NCBI GenBank assembly: GCA_019307135.1
Contig: JAFDKF010000018.1
Span: 11,321-75,320, forward strand
Reading direction: 5' to 3'
Origin: Deltaproteobacteria bacterium
GTDB taxonomy: Bacteria > Desulfobacterota > Desulfobacteria > Desulfobacterales > C00003060
Length of the DNA: 64,000 nt
Under the pieces are notes generated by a model. That model searched no databases and was not told the DNA's origin. It saw only the letters and a list, made by a program, of their open reading frames with translations. Positions 63,146-64,000 of this stretch are shown here, one piece after another; within the stretch, counting starts at the first letter, position 1; each line of letters begins with the position of its first letter. The translations under genes and the position numbers were made by a program.

Positions 63146-63733
63146 ATGTCGAAAAAAGACGCCATACTTCAAGTCGCCACCAAGCTCTTCTCCGAAAAGG
63201 GCTTCAAAGAGACCCGGATGTCAGAGCTCTCCAAGATGACGGGTGCGGCTGAAGGAACCATCTTCTATCACTTTAAGAACAAAGAGGAGATATTTCTTGC
63301 CATTCTCGAACACTTCAAGGGGGATATTGTTAAAGAATTCCAGCAGTATATTGCAGAGAGAAACTTTGGCACCGGCCTGGAGATGATGGAGGGGGCTATA
63401 TCCTTCTATCTTCATCTGGCCAGTGCCATGGAGGACCGATTCCTCCTGTTACACCGCCACGACGCATACGAACTGGCCAGAGTCAATCCAGTTTGCAGAG
63501 AACAGCTTGAAACGATTTACAATTGTTTTCTGGATATTTTCGAGCAGGCCATCCTACTGGGACAGCAGGACGGGTCCATAGCTCCCATGCCCGCGAGAAA
63601 GACGGCGCTGATTCTCTTTTCCATGGTGGACGGCCTCGTGAGGTTCAACACCTACGACCTCTACGATGCCGGGGCTCTTTATAACGAACTCATAGAGGCA
63701 TGTCGCAGGATGCTGAAAACCCCACAATCTTAG
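63146..63733 (+). CDS. TetR/AcrR-family transcriptional regulator
   Basis: ATG 63146 starts the protein. The N-terminal HTH is ILQVATKLFSEKGFKETRMSELSKMTGAAEGTIFYHFKNKEEIF. A candidate sigma-70 promoter, TTGACA-17-TTAAAT, lies at ~63066..63094. Confidence 0.85.
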   Translation: MSKKDAILQVATKLFSEKGFKETRMSELSKMTGAAEGTIFYHFKNKEEIFLAILEHFKGDIVKEFQQYIAERNFGTGLEMMEGAISFYLHLASAMEDRFLLLHRHDAYELARVNPVCREQLETIYNCFLDIFEQAILLGQQDGSIAPMPARKTALILFSMVDGLVRFNTYDLYDAGALYNELIEACRRMLKTPQS

Positions 63734-63754
63734 CTTTAGCGAGAGGTGTAAAGA

Positions 63755-64000
63755 ATGCTGAGCCGAATTTTCCCTTTTCTTGATTGGTTTAGGAAGTATG
63801 ATCTTGGTAGTTTCAGGGTTGATGCCATTTCTGGGGTGACTGTGGCGCTGGTCCTCATCCCTCAGTCCATGGCGTACGCCCAGTTGGCTGGTCTACCGCC
63901 TTACTATGGCCTCTATGCATCGTTCCTGCCCCCCATGATTGCGGCCCTGTTCGGTTCGAGCCGTCAGCTGGCCACGGGCCCGGTGGCCGTGGTTTCGCTT
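63755..64000 (+). CDS. SulP-family anion (sulfate/bicarbonate) permease, 3' end outside the window
   Basis: This gene is not in the ORF track because there is no stop before the window end. ATG 63755 follows gagagg. My translation is [82 protein letters not shown], the canonical SulP N-terminus. Confidence 0.85.
   Translation, partial: MLSRIFPFLDWFRKYDLGSFRVDAISGVTVALVLIPQSMAYAQLAGLPPYYGLYASFLPPMIAALFGSSRQLATGPVAVVSL

Overview
This 64-kb chromosomal window comes from a signalling-rich bacterium that uses sigma-54. The gene content (Ech hydrogenase, N-type ATPase, many PAS kinases, two NtrC-type activators, USPs) suggests an anaerobic Desulfobacterota-like lineage, but that taxonomy is only an inference. 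About 68 protein genes are supportable. I saw no rRNA, tRNA, CRISPR array or transposase gene.

Gene blocks, in order:
1. A 5'-partial PpsA-like PEP-utilising enzyme, a PAS histidine kinase and a CheY-like receiver.
2. Two tandem paralogous minus-strand operons. Each encodes a single-CBS protein, a double-size TSUP/TauE-like permease and a bitopic membrane protein of unknown family. Each sits behind a GG-N10-GC sigma-54 promoter, and a PAS-kinase/NtrC-type activator pair lies next to them.
3. A second kinase/activator pair followed by echABCDEF, an Ech-type membrane [NiFe] hydrogenase.
4. A sigma-54-driven receiver/USP/secreted-protein/USP cluster, two Hsp20 paralogues, and a DUF47 + PiT transporter pair.
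5. A very dense two-component region. It contains a partly duplicated module (REC-HisKA_3 kinase, NarL-type regulator, Cys4 mini-protein, receiver) whose second regulator copy is a deletion-riddled pseudogene.
6. A cluster of TVP38, a six-hairpin glycosidase-like protein, a GT4 glycosyltransferase and a fused alkaline-phosphatase-superfamily/EEP protein.
7. A complete N-type ATPase operon, atpDCQRBEFAG, with no delta subunit.
8. A DRTGG/Pta-like protein, a CBS-ACT protein, a GAF kinase, serC, vapBC, a TetR regulator and a 3'-partial SulP permease.

The most unusual property is that intergenic space is saturated with several families of non-autonomous hairpin elements (MITEs). Many have direct-repeat target duplications that can be read off the sequence. 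They are nested in one another, they sit inside the ech and atp operons, and they lie directly downstream of promoters in 5' leaders. All functional calls rest on motif and family recognition by eye, because no database search was possible.
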